64,000 nt of DNA from an uncultured Chloroflexia bacterium (GCA_963842695.1 CAWJHK010000004.1:28420-92419); one strand, 5' to 3'. Numbered from the stretch's first letter, positions 1-9,889 are shown. Made by a program: numbers and translations. Notes: a model not told the origin generated them from the sequence alone.

Positions 1-94
1 GTAGAAGATGCGTGCCGTTGCGCTTCCGGCGCATGAGCGCCGGCTCGAAGCGCGGCGGCGCCGTCGCGGTGACGGCGCGTGGTGGTCGAGCCAT
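1..94 (-). CDS. pstA: phosphate ABC transporter permease PstA, N-terminal fragment (continues beyond the left edge)
   Basis: Minus-strand ATG at 92-94 overlaps the pstC stop (TGATG). It translates [31 protein letters not shown]. The call rests mainly on position directly after pstS-pstC. Confidence 0.55.
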   Translation of the reverse strand, partial: MARPPRAVTATAPPRFEPALMRRKRNGTHLL

Positions 95-1009
95 CAGTAG
101 GCCGTCCGGTAGCGGCGGACGAACCAGGCGCTGACGAGGTTGAGGACGAAGCGTCATGACGAACAGGACCATCGCGACCGCGAACAGCGACAGGAACTGG
201 ATCGAGCCCTGCGAGCGTCTCGCCCTGGACGATCTGGACGATGAACGCGGTCATCGTCTGGACGCTCTCGAGCGGGTTGAACGAGAACTGCGGCTGGGTC
301 CCGACGGCGAGGACGACGGCCATCGTCTCGCCGACGGCGCGACTCATGGCCAGGATGATCGAGGCCATGATCCCCGAGACGGCGGCCGGGACGACGACCT
401 TGCGGACGACCTCGAACTTGGTCGCGCCCATCGCGTAGGCGCCTTCGCGCAGGCCGCGCGGGACGGCGCGCATCGCGTCCTCGGAGATCGACGCGATCAG
501 CGGCGTGATGAGGATCCCGACGACGATGCCGCCCGCCAGCGCCGAGAAGATGCCGATGTTCGACGCCGAAGATCGGCTTGAGGACATCCGGCGACAGGAA
601 GTTGATGGCGAAGAAGCCGAGGACGATGGTCGGGATGCCGGCGATCGTCTCGAGGACCGGCTTGACGACGTTGCGGATCGCGGTGGTCGAGTACTCGGAG
701 AGCAGGATCGCGGACAGCAGCCCGAGCGGCGTCCCGATGACCATCGCGATGACCGCGACGAGAAGCGTCCCGCTGACGAGCGCCAGGACGCCGAACTGGT
801 AGGGCTGGATCGAGGCCGACCAGACCGTCCCGGTCAGGAAGTCGATCGGGCTGACCTGCTGGAAGAACAGGAGCGTCTGGTACGACGAGGATCACGACGA
901 TCCCGATCGTCGTCATGACGCCGAGGGCGGCCGCGGCGAACAGCAACGTCTCGATGATCCGTTCGGACCACGGGCGACGCCGCGTCAGGTCCATCCGTCC
1001 GGCAGTCAT
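94..1009 (-). CDS. pstC: phosphate ABC transporter permease PstC (frameshifted, at least 2 indels)
   Basis: N-terminus [42 protein letters not shown] comes from ORF 497..1009. The middle, [47 protein letters not shown], comes from ORF 154..744. The rest is read in a third frame, antisense of ORF 241..438. C-terminus is [18 protein letters not shown]. Confidence 0.85.
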
Positions 1010-1105
1010 CGGCTCGTCCGAGTCCGTCGCCTAGCGGGACTCAGCGGTACGCACGACGCACCGCCCGTCCGAGTCGGCCGGTGCGTCGCGTCCTCGCTCG
1101 CGTCG

Positions 1106-2139
1106 CTACTTCGGGACGGCGGTGGTCCAGTTCGCAGCTGCTGCTGGGCGATGACGCGTCCGGGCACCGCGCACGTAGCCGACCTCGGCCGCCAGCGTGC
1201 GGCGTTGGCGAGGTAGTAGTCGACGAACGCGGCGAGGGCCGGCGACGCCTTGGCCTTGCCGGTGTTCGGGTAGATGAACAGCGGCCGGCTCAGCGGCTTG
1301 TACGTGCCGTCGCGATGGTCGCGTCGGTCGGCTCGACGCAGCCGCTGCCACCGTCGACGCCGACCGCCTTGAGCTTGTCCTTGTTCTCGACGTAGTAGGC
1401 GTAGCCGAAGTAGCCGATCGCGTTCGCGTCGCCGGCGACGCCGGTGACCAGGACGTTGTCGTCCTCCGACTGCGGTCGCGAACGAGGTCGACTCGTCGAC
1501 CTTGCCGTTGACGACCTCGGTGAAGTAGTCGAACGTCCCGGAGTCGGCGCCCGGCATGAACCGGACGACGGGCTCGTTCGGGAAGCTCGGATCGACCTGG
1601 TTCCAGGTCAGGTTCTGCGGCGAGTCGGGCCCGTAGATCGTCTTGAGCTGCTCGAGCGTCAGGCACGTCGCCCACGTGTTGCTCGGGTTGACGACGACGG
1701 TCAGGCCGTCGATCGCGACCTGGAGCTGGACGTATGCCGATGTTGTTGGTCTTGCACGCCGCGCCTTCGGCCGCGTCGTCCTCCTTGATCGGGCGCGACG
1801 CGTCGTTGATGTCGGTCTCGCCGGTGCAGAACTTCTTGAAGCCGCCGCCGGTGCCCGGCCTCGGCGACGGTCACCTCGACGCCGGGGTTGGCCTTCTGGA
1901 AGTCCTCGGCGACGGCCTCGGTGATCGGGATAGACGGTGCTCGAGCCGTCGATGGTGATCGTGCCGGTCAGGGCGGCCCCGCTGGCGGCGGCGCTCGGGC
2001 GCGGTCGCTGGCGGCGTGCCGGCGAGCGCCGCCGCTGGTCGGGGCGGCCGCCGACGGGGCGGTGCTGGCTCCGCTGCTCGAGCAGGCGCGCGAGCGCGAT
2101 CGTCGCGACGACCGCGAGAGCTCCGATCGGCTTGGTCAT
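1106..2139 (-). CDS. pstS: phosphate-binding protein PstS (frameshifted several times)
   Basis: Fragments in ORFs 1006..2211 and 1106..1675: [17 protein letters not shown] (signal-like), [105 protein letters not shown], and the end ANWTTAVPK*. Confidence 0.85.
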
Positions 2140-2261
2140 CGAGGTGTCACTAGTCGTTCCTCCTGTGGGCCGTGTGTCTGGGCACGCGGTCCCGGGTTTC
2201 GGGCATTCCATTCCGTTCTGACCGCTCCACGGTCGAGCGGGCGATGAACGCCGCTTTCGCC

Positions 2262-2283
2262 GCGTGTTAAGGGTTCGTTAACG
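2262..2283 (-). promoter_or_regulatory. AT-rich 11-bp-spaced direct repeat (GTTAA-N6-GTTAA), candidate Pho-box-like site upstream of pstS
   Basis: Plus strand reads gtGTTAAgggttcGTTAAcgg, about 125-145 nt upstream of the pstS start. It stands out in very GC-rich DNA and overlaps the stop of the wHTH gene. Function is inferred only. Confidence 0.3.
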
Positions 2284-2580
2284 GCCCGGGATCGAGCCGG
2301 TAGCCGAAACCGCGGATGGTCACGAGGTGCGCGGGTCGGCCGGCTCGGGCTCGATCTTCGAGCGGAGCCAGTGGACGTGGACGTCGACCGCGCGAAGGCC
2401 GATGTCGCGCGTCCGGTCCCCAGGCGAGGTCGACCAGCTCGCGTCGGGTGAACGCATCCGGTCCCGACCGTCGACGGCGTGGCAGACTTGCCGTCTTGCG
2501 TGCGCCGGCGTCGTCGCTCGACGCCGCCGGACGGCGCTCGGCGAGGCGCACCGCTGAACGGAGGGCGATCGATGGCCAAG
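2267..2580 (-). pseudogene. OmpR/PhoB-type winged-helix DNA-binding domain only, no receiver domain, frameshifted
   Basis: Stitched minus-strand frames give FTRRELVDLAWGPDRTRDIGLRAVDVHVHWLRSKIEPEPADPR..LVTIRGFGYRLDPGPLTNP*. Space upstream is limited to about 2600 by the plus-strand gene starting at about 2622, so there is no room for a REC domain. Confidence 0.6.
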
Positions 2581-2621
2581 GGTGACGACGGGGTGGGGCG
2601 AACAGGAGCCGGACCGGGGTC

Positions 2622-3646
2622 GTGATCGACACGGTCTCCGACGTGGTCGTCGATGCCGCGGGCGTCGTCACGCCGGTCTCCGGGCGCTGCCAGGGAGCTG
2701 CACAAGCTCGAGAAGCGGCTCGCGGCGGCGCGCAAGACCGAGACCAAGCGAATGCGCCAGCTGGCTGCCGCCCTCGGGACGAAGGGCCGGAAGCAGGTCG
2801 CCAAGCGCCGCCGCCAGGTGGCCGACGCCGAGACCGAGGTCGCCGGGCTCGCCGCCCGCGTCGCCGCCCTGGCGGCGTCCGCGGCCGGGTCCGTGTCGGG
2901 TGCCGCGTCGGGAGCGGCGAAACGGGTCGGGTCGGCTGCGGCGCAGGCCGGCCAGGCCGTCGCCCCGGTCCGCACTCCGACGACGCGGTCCGCCTCGAGC
3001 GCGGCGAAGTCCGACGACCAGGCGACGGCGAGCACCGGCTCGCCGATCGGCGAGCGCGCGGACGACACGCCCGCCGCGGCGAGTACGGCCAGCGGCGGCC
3101 CCGAAGGCCGCGCCGGCTGCTGCCGCGACGCCGGCGTCTACGACCAAACCGGACCGTGCGGAAGCCGGCCGCCAGGAAGCCGGCCGTGCGGAAGCCCGCG
3201 ACGCCGCAAGACGGCAACACGGAAGCCATCGACGGCGAAGGCGGCGACAACGACTGCGACCACCGCGGCGACCCCGGCGAAACCAGCCCCTGCGAAGCCC
3301 GTCACCGTGAAGGCCGCGACCACGAGCTCGTCCGCCACCTCGACAGCTGCGAAGAAACCAGCTGCGAAGAAGCCGGCCGCAGCGAAGCCAGCGGCCAAGC
3401 AAGCGCCGCCGACCGCCGCGGCCAAGCCCGCCGCCCGCCGGACGACCTCCTCACGCTCGACGTCCGCGTCGCGGTCGGCCGGCACCGCGACCGAGCCGCA
3501 CGACGGCGGCGAAGCCGGCGACGTCGACGCGGCGCAGCTTCGACCGGGAAGGCCGCCCCGAAGAAGGCCGGGACCACCCGCCCCGCGTCCACGCGTCCCG
3601 CGACGCCAGCCCGCCGCACCCGTCAACCGACGACGCGTCGTCCTGA
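2622..3646 (+). CDS. coiled-coil plus Ala/Lys/Pro-rich histone-H1-like (AlgP-like) protein, frameshifted, ends uncertain
   Basis: The frame of ORF 2653..3819 has strong GC3. Its N-terminal part, ELHKLEKRLAAARKTETKRMRQLAAALGTKGRKQVAKRRRQVADAETEVAGLAARVAAL, is coiled-coil-like. The tail has KPAARKPAVRKPA, TPAKPAPAKPVTVKAA, AAKKPAAKKPAAAKPAAKQAPPTAAAKPAA and GKAAPKKAG spread over three frames. Confidence 0.55.
3140..3440 (+). repeat. short in-gene tandem repeats encoding A/K/P low-complexity tracts
   Basis: ggaagccggcc occurs twice and a variant (ggaagcccgcg) once at 3156-3200. gcgaagaa(a/g)cc(a/g)gc units occur at 3346-3436. Confidence 0.7.
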
Positions 3647-3670
3647 TCGCGCCGCGGACCCATCGCTTCG

Positions 3671-4626
3671 ATGCCGGCGGACCAGGGACCGACCGTCGGC
3701 GCCGCGGTCGACCTCGGCTCGAACTCGGTCCACCTGCTCGTCGCGGCTGTCGCGGCGCACCGACTCGAGGTGATCGCCGACGAGTCGGTCTTCCTGGGTC
3801 TCGGCGACGCGGTCGGTGAGCGCGGCTACCTCGGTCGTGCCGGTCGCGCAGAGCTGACGGCAACGCTCGTCCGCTACGCGGGAGTCGGCCCGGCGGCTCG
3901 GGGCGACGAACATCACGTTCCTCGGCACCGAGCCGATCCGCCGGGCGGCGGATTCGGCCGCCATCGTCCACGACGTCGTATCCGCCAGCGGCACGCCCCT
4001 GTACGTCGTCACGCACGAGGAGGAGGCATTCCTCACGCTCATCGGCGTGACCGAGGGCATGCCGGTCGTCCACGAGACCCTCGTCGTCGACGTCGGTGGC
4101 GGTTCGTCGGAGTTCTGCGTGGTCGATGCCGGCCGGCCGGCGCGGGCGGCCGGTCTGCGGCTCGGGTCCGCGACGCTGACCGATCGGTTCGTCGTCCAGC
4201 GACCCACCGACCCCGGACGAGGTCGGCGCGATGCGATCGGCTGCGTCGGCCGCTGTCGGGGACGCACCGGATGCGCGGCCGAGCGAGATCGTGGCGGTCG
4301 GCGGGACCGCGTCGAACCTGGTCAAGGTCCTGCCTGCCGCGGCCATCGATCGGATGCTCACGCGCGAGCGGATCGACGAGGTCGAGGCGATCCTCGGCTC
4401 CGAGCCTGCCGCCGCCGCCGCTGAACGACACCTGCTGAACCCGGTGCGTGCCCGGATCCTCCCGGCCGGCGGCGCGATCGTGGCCGCCATCCTCGATCGC
4501 TACGGGGCGGACCGGATCCGCGTCTCGGATGCCGGCGTGCGCGAGGGGGCGGTGCTCGCGGTAGCCCACGCAGGCGCCGCCTGGCGCGACCGGCTAGCCG
4601 AGCTCGCCCACGGCTGGCGAGCCTGA
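3671..4626 (+). CDS. ppx: Ppx/GppA family exopolyphosphatase (frameshifted, about 3 indels)
   Basis: VGAAVDLGSNSVHLLVA (ORF 3671..4438). VTEGMPVVHETLVVDVGGGSSEFCVV (ORF 4047..4424). EIVAVGGTASNLVKVLP...RILPAGGAIVAAILDRYGADRIRVSDAGVREG (ORF 4231..4626). Confidence 0.85.
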
Positions 4627-4667
4627 CCTTGTCGAGCCGCATTGCCACGCCGAATTGACCGAGGAAA

Positions 4668-6499
4668 CTACAGGCCGGCGACGACCCGCCCGAGCTGTGC
4701 GCCGGAACGTGACTCCGGCCACGCCGCGCCAGGGCGCCCCGATCGACCGTCGCAGGCGCGCGACCTCGCGCTCGCGGCTGACCAGGTAGCGCCCGATCGC
4801 CGCGCTCTCGAGCGGCGACAGGTCGCCGGCGTGCTCGACGAGGAAGGTGCGGGCCATCGAGGCCGAGACGTCGGCGTCGTTCATCAGGCCGAGGTGGTCC
4901 TGGAGCGCCGTCACGCGCGCGATCAGCGGTCGCGGCGTCGTCGCCGAGCGCCTCGCGGACGAATTCGAGCGTGTAGCGCAGCCACTTCCCGGCGATCCGC
5001 AGCTCGTGGAGCGTCTCGACATCGGCCCAGCGGAGGACGGCCTCGTAGCCGCGGACCTGCTCGTAGGCGTTCCAGATCTGCGAGGCGGCCGTGTCGCTTG
5101 ATGCGGTGGGGCTGCGTCGGCAGGACAGGCAGGACCGCGGCGCCCTCGGTCCGCACGAAGTCGCGGTAGTCGTCGAGCCAGCGCCGATAGCCGTCCGAAT
5201 CGAGCTCGCGGACGAGGAGGACGCGGGCGTCGTCGCGATGCTCGTGCCAGTCGCGGAGCAACGGCTCGAGGGCCCGCTGCTCGGTGACCGGCAGGTCGGC
5301 GCGGTAGGCATCGGCCGCCTCGAGCAGGACGTCGAGGTCACGGACGGCACCGAGGCGTGTAGCGACCTCGCGGAGACGGCTGCGGTACCGCTTCGTCCGA
5401 CGCGCGCGGAACGACGAGCCGAACACCCGCCAGGCCGCGCGCTGGCGGCGGGTGGCGACGCGCATCGCGTGGACATCCTCGAGATCCTTGCCGTCGCGGA
5501 CGCCCGCCTCGCGCGCGATCATCCGGGCGAGGTGGAAGCGCATGACCTTGCGGCCGGCTTCGGCGACGTGGTCGTCGGCGGTGACGCCGGGCGTGCGCCC
5601 GACGACCAGCCGGTTGTCCGCCTGCGATGGCTCCTCGAGCGCCTCGCTGATGATGTCGGAGGTCGTCGGGACGACATCGATGTGGGCCGGCGCCGTCGCC
5701 TCCGTTTCCGTGGCGGCGTCCTTCGTCGTCGACGTCCGGGTCCGGGGCTTCCCCGATGTCGCGATCGCGTCGGCCGTGCCTCCGACCCGGCTGCGTCCCC
5801 CGTCTCGGCGGCGGCGACGGCCTCGAGCGCCGCTTCGGCCGTGCCGTGATGGCTGCTGCCGGCCCGCACGGCCGACATGGCCGCTTCGAACTTGCTGCCG
5901 GTCGAGGGGGCCAGGCCCGGGTCGGCGACAAAGACCTCGGACAGGCCCGTCAGCCGTGCCTCGTCGCCCTTGACCAGCTCGGCCTCGAGCTCGACGAAGC
6001 GGTCGACCACGCGTGACCGGGCGACGACGTCGACCTCGTCGAGGCTGAGCTCGACCCGCGTGTCGCCATCACGGACGACGCGCTTCCGGCGCAGCTGGCG
6101 GATGGTGACGAGCTCGACCAACGGGGCGTCGCCGGCCAGCTCGAGCACGAGCGACCGCGCATCCGATGCCGGCCATTCGAGCGGTCCCGCCGTCCGGTCG
6201 GCCGGACCTTCGATCTCCTCGCGCCGCGAGGAGCCACCCGCGCCGTTCGTCTTGGCCAGTGACTTGATCGAGACCATCGTGCCGCGGCCGGACTGGCGCA
6301 GGCGGACGGCGAAGCCGGCCCGGGCCATGGCGCCGTCGGCGGTGTCGACGTAGCGATCCTCGAGCTGCGTCGAACGCGGCGCGGCGGTCCCGCTGAACCC
6401 GCCGATCTCGTCCGCTACCAGGTAGCGCTCGGCGGCAGCCAGGTCGACGACCCTGTACTTGAGCTCGACCTCGACCGGATGCCTGGTGGCTGCGCTCAC
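4668..6499 (-). CDS. CYTH (triphosphate tunnel) plus CHAD domain fusion protein (frameshifted; C-terminal end uncertain, 4594-4668)
   Basis: CYTH: HPVEVELKYRV...SRREEIEGP...RVELSLDEVD...FVELEAEL (ORF 5519..6643). CHAD: EDVHAMRVATRRQRAAWRVF (ORF 4923..5543), LHELRIAGKWLRYTLEF (ORF 4358..5476), LQDHLGLMNDADV (ORF 4594..5022). The GTG start directly abuts the ppk1 stop. Confidence 0.85.
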
Positions 6500-8682
6500 G
6501 CCCTCGGATCCAGCGAGCCGCTGCCGGCGCCCGGCCGGTGGGGGGTCGGAACGACGTGGCCGTGGGCCAGCGCGTCCTCTTTCAGCGTCTCGAACGTGTC
6601 GATCGTGCCCTCCCTGCCCTCGAGCGTCTCGGTGCGGACCCACGATGCGTCCGGCTGGAGCTGCCAGGACCGGCGGTCATCGGCCAGCATCACATCGATG
6701 ATATTCGCCAGGCGGGCCTGCGCTTCGTGATCCTCGACCGGGGCGACCGCCTCGACCCGGCGGTCGAGGTTGCGGTCCATGAGGTCGGCCGAGCCGATGT
6801 ACCACTCGCGCTCGCCGCCGTTCTCGAAGCTCCAGATCCGCGAGTGCTCGAGGAACTCACCGATGATCGAGCGCACGCGGATCCGCTCGGAAACCCCGGG
6901 CAGCCCGGGCTGGAGCGAGCATGCGCCGCGAACGATCATGTCGATCTGGACGCCGGCGTTCGAGGCCCGGTAGAGCGCCTCGATGCTCGCGACGTCGACG
7001 ATCGCGTTGAGCTTCAGGACGATCCGTGCCGGTCGGCCGGCCTGGGCCTGGCCGATCTCACGCTCGACGAGGTCGAGGAAGCGGGTGCGCAGGCTATGAG
7101 GCGCGACCAGCAGCCGCCGGAACGACCGCTGGCGCGACAGCCCGGTCAGGTTGTTGAACAGGTCGGTGACGTCCGCGCCGAATTCCGGCCGGGCCGTCAG
7201 AAGGCCCAGGTCGATGTACAGGCGTGCGGTGCGCGGGTTGTAGTTGCCCGTCCCGATATGGACGTAGCGGCGCAGCCCTGAGCCCTCGCGCCGGACGACC
7301 AGCGCGGTCTTCGAGTGCGTCTTGAGCCCGACCAGCCCGTACACGACATGGGCGCCCGCCCGCTCGAGACGGCGTGCCCACAGGATGTTCGCCTCCTCGT
7401 CGAAGCGCGCCTTGATCTCGACCAGCACGACGACCTGCTTGCCCCGCTCGGCGGCCCGGATCAGCGACTGGACGATGGGGGAGTCGCCGGACGTCCGGTA
7501 CAGGGTCTGCTTGATCGTGAGGACGTCGGGGTCATCGGCCGCCTGCCGGATGAACCGCTCGGTCGAGGCGGCGAAGGACTCGTACGGGTGGTGGACGAGG
7601 ATGTCGCCCGCCCGGATCGCGGCGAACACGTCGGCCGGCTCGTCGTCGTCGGGCGGCAGGAGGCGTGGCGGCGTGACCGGCGACCACGGCGGGTTCTTGA
7701 GGTCGGGCCGGTCGAGCTCGGTGATCGCCCACAGCCCGGTCAGGTCGAGCATCCCGCTGACGTCGTAGCAGTCCGTCTCACCGAGGCCCAGGCCACGCAG
7801 CAGCAGGGCGCGGGTCGCGGGCGGCATCGAGCGCTCGACCTCGAGCCGCACGGCATTCCCGAAGCGGCGCCGCCGGAGCTCTTCCTCGATCGCGAGGAGC
7901 AGGTCGTCCGCTTCGTCCTCCTCGATCTCGAAGTCGGCATTGCGGGTCACCCGGAAGAGGTGGTGCTCCTCGACCTCCATGCCGCTGAACAGCGCGTCGA
8001 GGTTGGCCTCGATGATCTGGTCGAGCAACACGAAACGCGACGGCTCGACCTCGAACAGGCGCGGCAGGATCTGCGGCACCTTGACCCGGGCGAAGCCGAG
8101 CTCGCCGGTCTCGGGATCGCGCAGCCCGACCGCGATCGACAGGCTCAGCGTCGAGATGTACGGGAACGGATGACCCGGATCGACGGCCAGTGGCGTGAGG
8201 ACCGGGAAGATCTCGTCGAGGAAGCGCTGGCGGAGCATCTCGTGGTGCTCGGGGATGGCCGCGTAATCGACGAGCTCGACACCCTCCGCGGCGAGCTCAC
8301 GCCGGATCGCGGCGAAGATGACCGAATGGTCCGCCACGAGGCCGAGCACTCGCTCGCGGGCGGCCGCCAGCTGCTCCTCGGGCGTCCGGCCGTCGGGCGA
8401 TGGCGCGACCTTGCCGACGTCGACCTGCTGGCGCAGGCCGGCGATGCGGACCTGGAAGAACTCGTCGAGGTTGCCGGCGAAGATCGCCAGGAACTTCACC
8501 CGCTCGAGCAGGGGGTTCCGCTCGTCGCGGGCCTCGTGCAGGACGCGGGCGTTGAACTCGAGCCAGGACAGCTCTCGGTTCAGATAGGGGAACGTCGCCT
8601 TCGGACGGGTCGCCCGACGTGGCCGGGGCGGCACTGCCGGTCGGGCGGGACGGGCGGGGGCGCCCGGATCGATCGCGGCCAT
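6496..8682 (-). CDS. ppk: polyphosphate kinase 1 (intact)
   Basis: In ORF 6496..9072, taken from the internal MAAIDPGAP start: FPYLNRELSWLEFNARVLHEA, FLAIFAGNLDEFFQVRIAGL, TLYRTSGDSPIV, VEIKARFDEEANI, HSKTALVVRRE, GTGNYNPRTARLYIDLGL, GSADLMDRNLDRRVE. The upstream 130 codons of the ORF are Arg/Pro-rich shadow. Confidence 0.95.
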   Translation of the reverse strand: MAAIDPGAPARPARPAVPPRPRRATRPKATFPYLNRELSWLEFNARVLHEARDERNPLLERVKFLAIFAGNLDEFFQVRIAGLRQQVDVGKVAPSPDGRTPEEQLAAARERVLGLVADHSVIFAAIRRELAAEGVELVDYAAIPEHHEMLRQRFLDEIFPVLTPLAVDPGHPFPYISTLSLSIAVGLRDPETGELGFARVKVPQILPRLFEVEPSRFVLLDQIIEANLDALFSGMEVEEHHLFRVTRNADFEIEEDEADDLLLAIEEELRRRRFGNAVRLEVERSMPPATRALLLRGLGLGETDCYDVSGMLDLTGLWAITELDRPDLKNPPWSPVTPPRLLPPDDDEPADVFAAIRAGDILVHHPYESFAASTERFIRQAADDPDVLTIKQTLYRTSGDSPIVQSLIRAAERGKQVVVLVEIKARFDEEANILWARRLERAGAHVVYGLVGLKTHSKTALVVRREGSGLRRYVHIGTGNYNPRTARLYIDLGLLTARPEFGADVTDLFNNLTGLSRQRSFRRLLVAPHSLRTRFLDLVEREIGQAQAGRPARIVLKLNAIVDVASIEALYRASNAGVQIDMIVRGACSLQPGLPGVSERIRVRSIIGEFLEHSRIWSFENGGEREWYIGSADLMDRNLDRRVEAVAPVEDHEAQARLANIIDVMLADDRRSWQLQPDASWVRTETLEGREGTIDTFETLKEDALAHGHVVPTPHRPGAGSGSLDPRA

Positions 8683-8759
8683 CGACTGGTTTCGGGTCCT
8701 CGTGGGCAGGGCCGCCGACGTGGGCGACCCGGCCGCCGAGGATAGCACGCCCGCCCTGG

Positions 8760-9122
8760 TCAGCCCTCGGGAACGTACCGCCGTTCGCCCGTTCCGGGGT
8801 CCATCCAGACCCGCATCAGGTGGCCCGATGTGGGGTCGGTGAAGATCTCGTCCGTCCGCCGGAACCGGGGCTCGAGGGCCGTGCCGATCGGCTCGCCACC
8901 GGCCGGCCCGGCGGGGGTCCCGGCCCGATCCGTCGCCTCCGAGCGGTAGCGGATCCGTTCGATGAGCGCGCCCACGACGAGGGCGATGCCGCCGAGCACG
9001 GTCCACAGCCCGATGACGGTGCCGGCCCCGCCGGGCAGCACGATCAGGTAGAGGCCGAGGACCATGATGCACAGGCCCCCGACGATGACCAGGATGCGGG
9101 CCAGGCTGAGGCCGCCGTTCAT
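8760..9122 (-). CDS. small two-TM membrane protein, unknown function (intact)
   Basis: MNGGLSLARILVIVGGLCIMVLGLYLIVLPGGAGTVIGLWTVLGGIALVVGALI, then a soluble tail ...HLMRVWMDPGTGERRYVPEG. ATGA overlap with the upstream YbjQ gene. High GC3. Confidence 0.6.
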   Translation of the reverse strand: MNGGLSLARILVIVGGLCIMVLGLYLIVLPGGAGTVIGLWTVLGGIALVVGALIERIRYRSEATDRAGTPAGPAGGEPIGTALEPRFRRTDEIFTDPTSGHLMRVWMDPGTGERRYVPEG

Positions 9123-9475
9123 TCGAGCTGGTCGTTCCCGGGCCGGGCCGCGCCGGCGTCCGGCTCGACGACCACCGCGGTCCCGTAGGCCACGATCTCG
9201 CTCATGGTCCCCGACAGCTCCGAGCTGTCGAAGCGCATCGACAGGACCGCGTTGGCGCCGAGGAGCGTGGCGTTGGCCACCAGCCGGTCGAGCGCCTGGC
9301 GCCGGGTGTCCTCGAGCAGGCTCGTGTACTCGTGGATCTCGCCACCGCCGAGGGAGCGGAGGCTGGCCATGACGTTGCCGCCGAGGCCGCGGCTCCGGAC
9401 GACGAGCCCGAAGACCATGCCCCGGCTCTCGACCACGCGGTGGCCGGACAGGAACGGTGTGGTGACGACGATCAT
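9119..9475 (-). CDS. YbjQ/UPF0145 family (putative heavy-metal-binding) protein (intact)
   Basis: MIVVTTPFLSGHRVVESRGMVFGLVVRSRGLGGNVMASLRSLGGGEIHEYTSLLEDTRRQALDRLVANATLLGANAVLSMRFDSSEL is characteristic of the family. Confidence 0.9.
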   Translation of the reverse strand: MIVVTTPFLSGHRVVESRGMVFGLVVRSRGLGGNVMASLRSLGGGEIHEYTSLLEDTRRQALDRLVANATLLGANAVLSMRFDSSELSGTMSEIVAYGTAVVVEPDAGAARPGNDQLE

Positions 9476-9852
9476 GCGTGCTCCTCATGGCGGTCGGCGA
9501 CGGTGACGGACTGCGGGCGCGAGGCTCGACGTGCCGTGCACTCCGGGCACGGACAGCGGTCGCGCAGCATCGTGAACGTGTAGTAGCCGGTGTGGTGGCC
9601 GTCGGCCCACGACGGCGCGATCGCGTAGCCGCCGACGAGCACGACGTCGACCAGCCGCGTCTGCTCCTCGGTCAGCGTCGGATCGCTGTCCAGCCAGCCC
9701 GGCATGCCGGCCTCGCCGCGACAGAACGCGCAGGGACACAGCCAGCGGAGCGTGGTCACGTCATAGCTGGTCGCGTGGCCGTCGCCCCAGACGATCTCGA
9801 GTCGACCGCCCGAACGATCCGCGTGGATCGTGGTTGGCGTGCTGTTGGTCAC
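9472..9852 (-). CDS. DUF971 (gamma-butyrobetaine-hydroxylase-like N-terminal Zn-ribbon) protein (intact)
   Basis: GTG start. LEIVWGDGHATSYDVTTLRWLCPCAFCRGE ... GYAIAPSWADGHHTGYYTFTMLRDRCPCPECT. 4-nt overlap with the YbjQ gene. Confidence 0.8.
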   Translation of the reverse strand: MTNSTPTTIHADRSGGRLEIVWGDGHATSYDVTTLRWLCPCAFCRGEAGMPGWLDSDPTLTEEQTRLVDVVLVGGYAIAPSWADGHHTGYYTFTMLRDRCPCPECTARRASRPQSVTVADRHEEHA

Positions 9853-9889
9853 TGGCCGATCGTACGCCGTTCGCCGATGATCGGGTGCG

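Noticed and set aside
2622-3646. Possibility that the Ala/Lys/Pro-rich protein is mycobacterial-type HupB (HU with a basic tail), which sits near ppk1 in some actinobacteria.
   Set aside because: The N-terminal part is a charged coiled-coil-like segment. It has none of the HU-fold signature (no ...GFGxF...RxxRNPxTGE... motif).
2136-4490. Overlapping minus-strand ORFs 2136..3068, 2267..3250, 2668..3402 and 3138..4490, considered as possible large proteins opposite the AKP gene and ppx.
   Set aside because: Their translations are low-complexity Arg/Pro/Ala strings without motifs. The plus-strand frames carry the GC3 signal and recognisable Ppx motifs. Only the 3-prime about 300 nt (2267-2580) of the minus strand shows a real domain (the wHTH).
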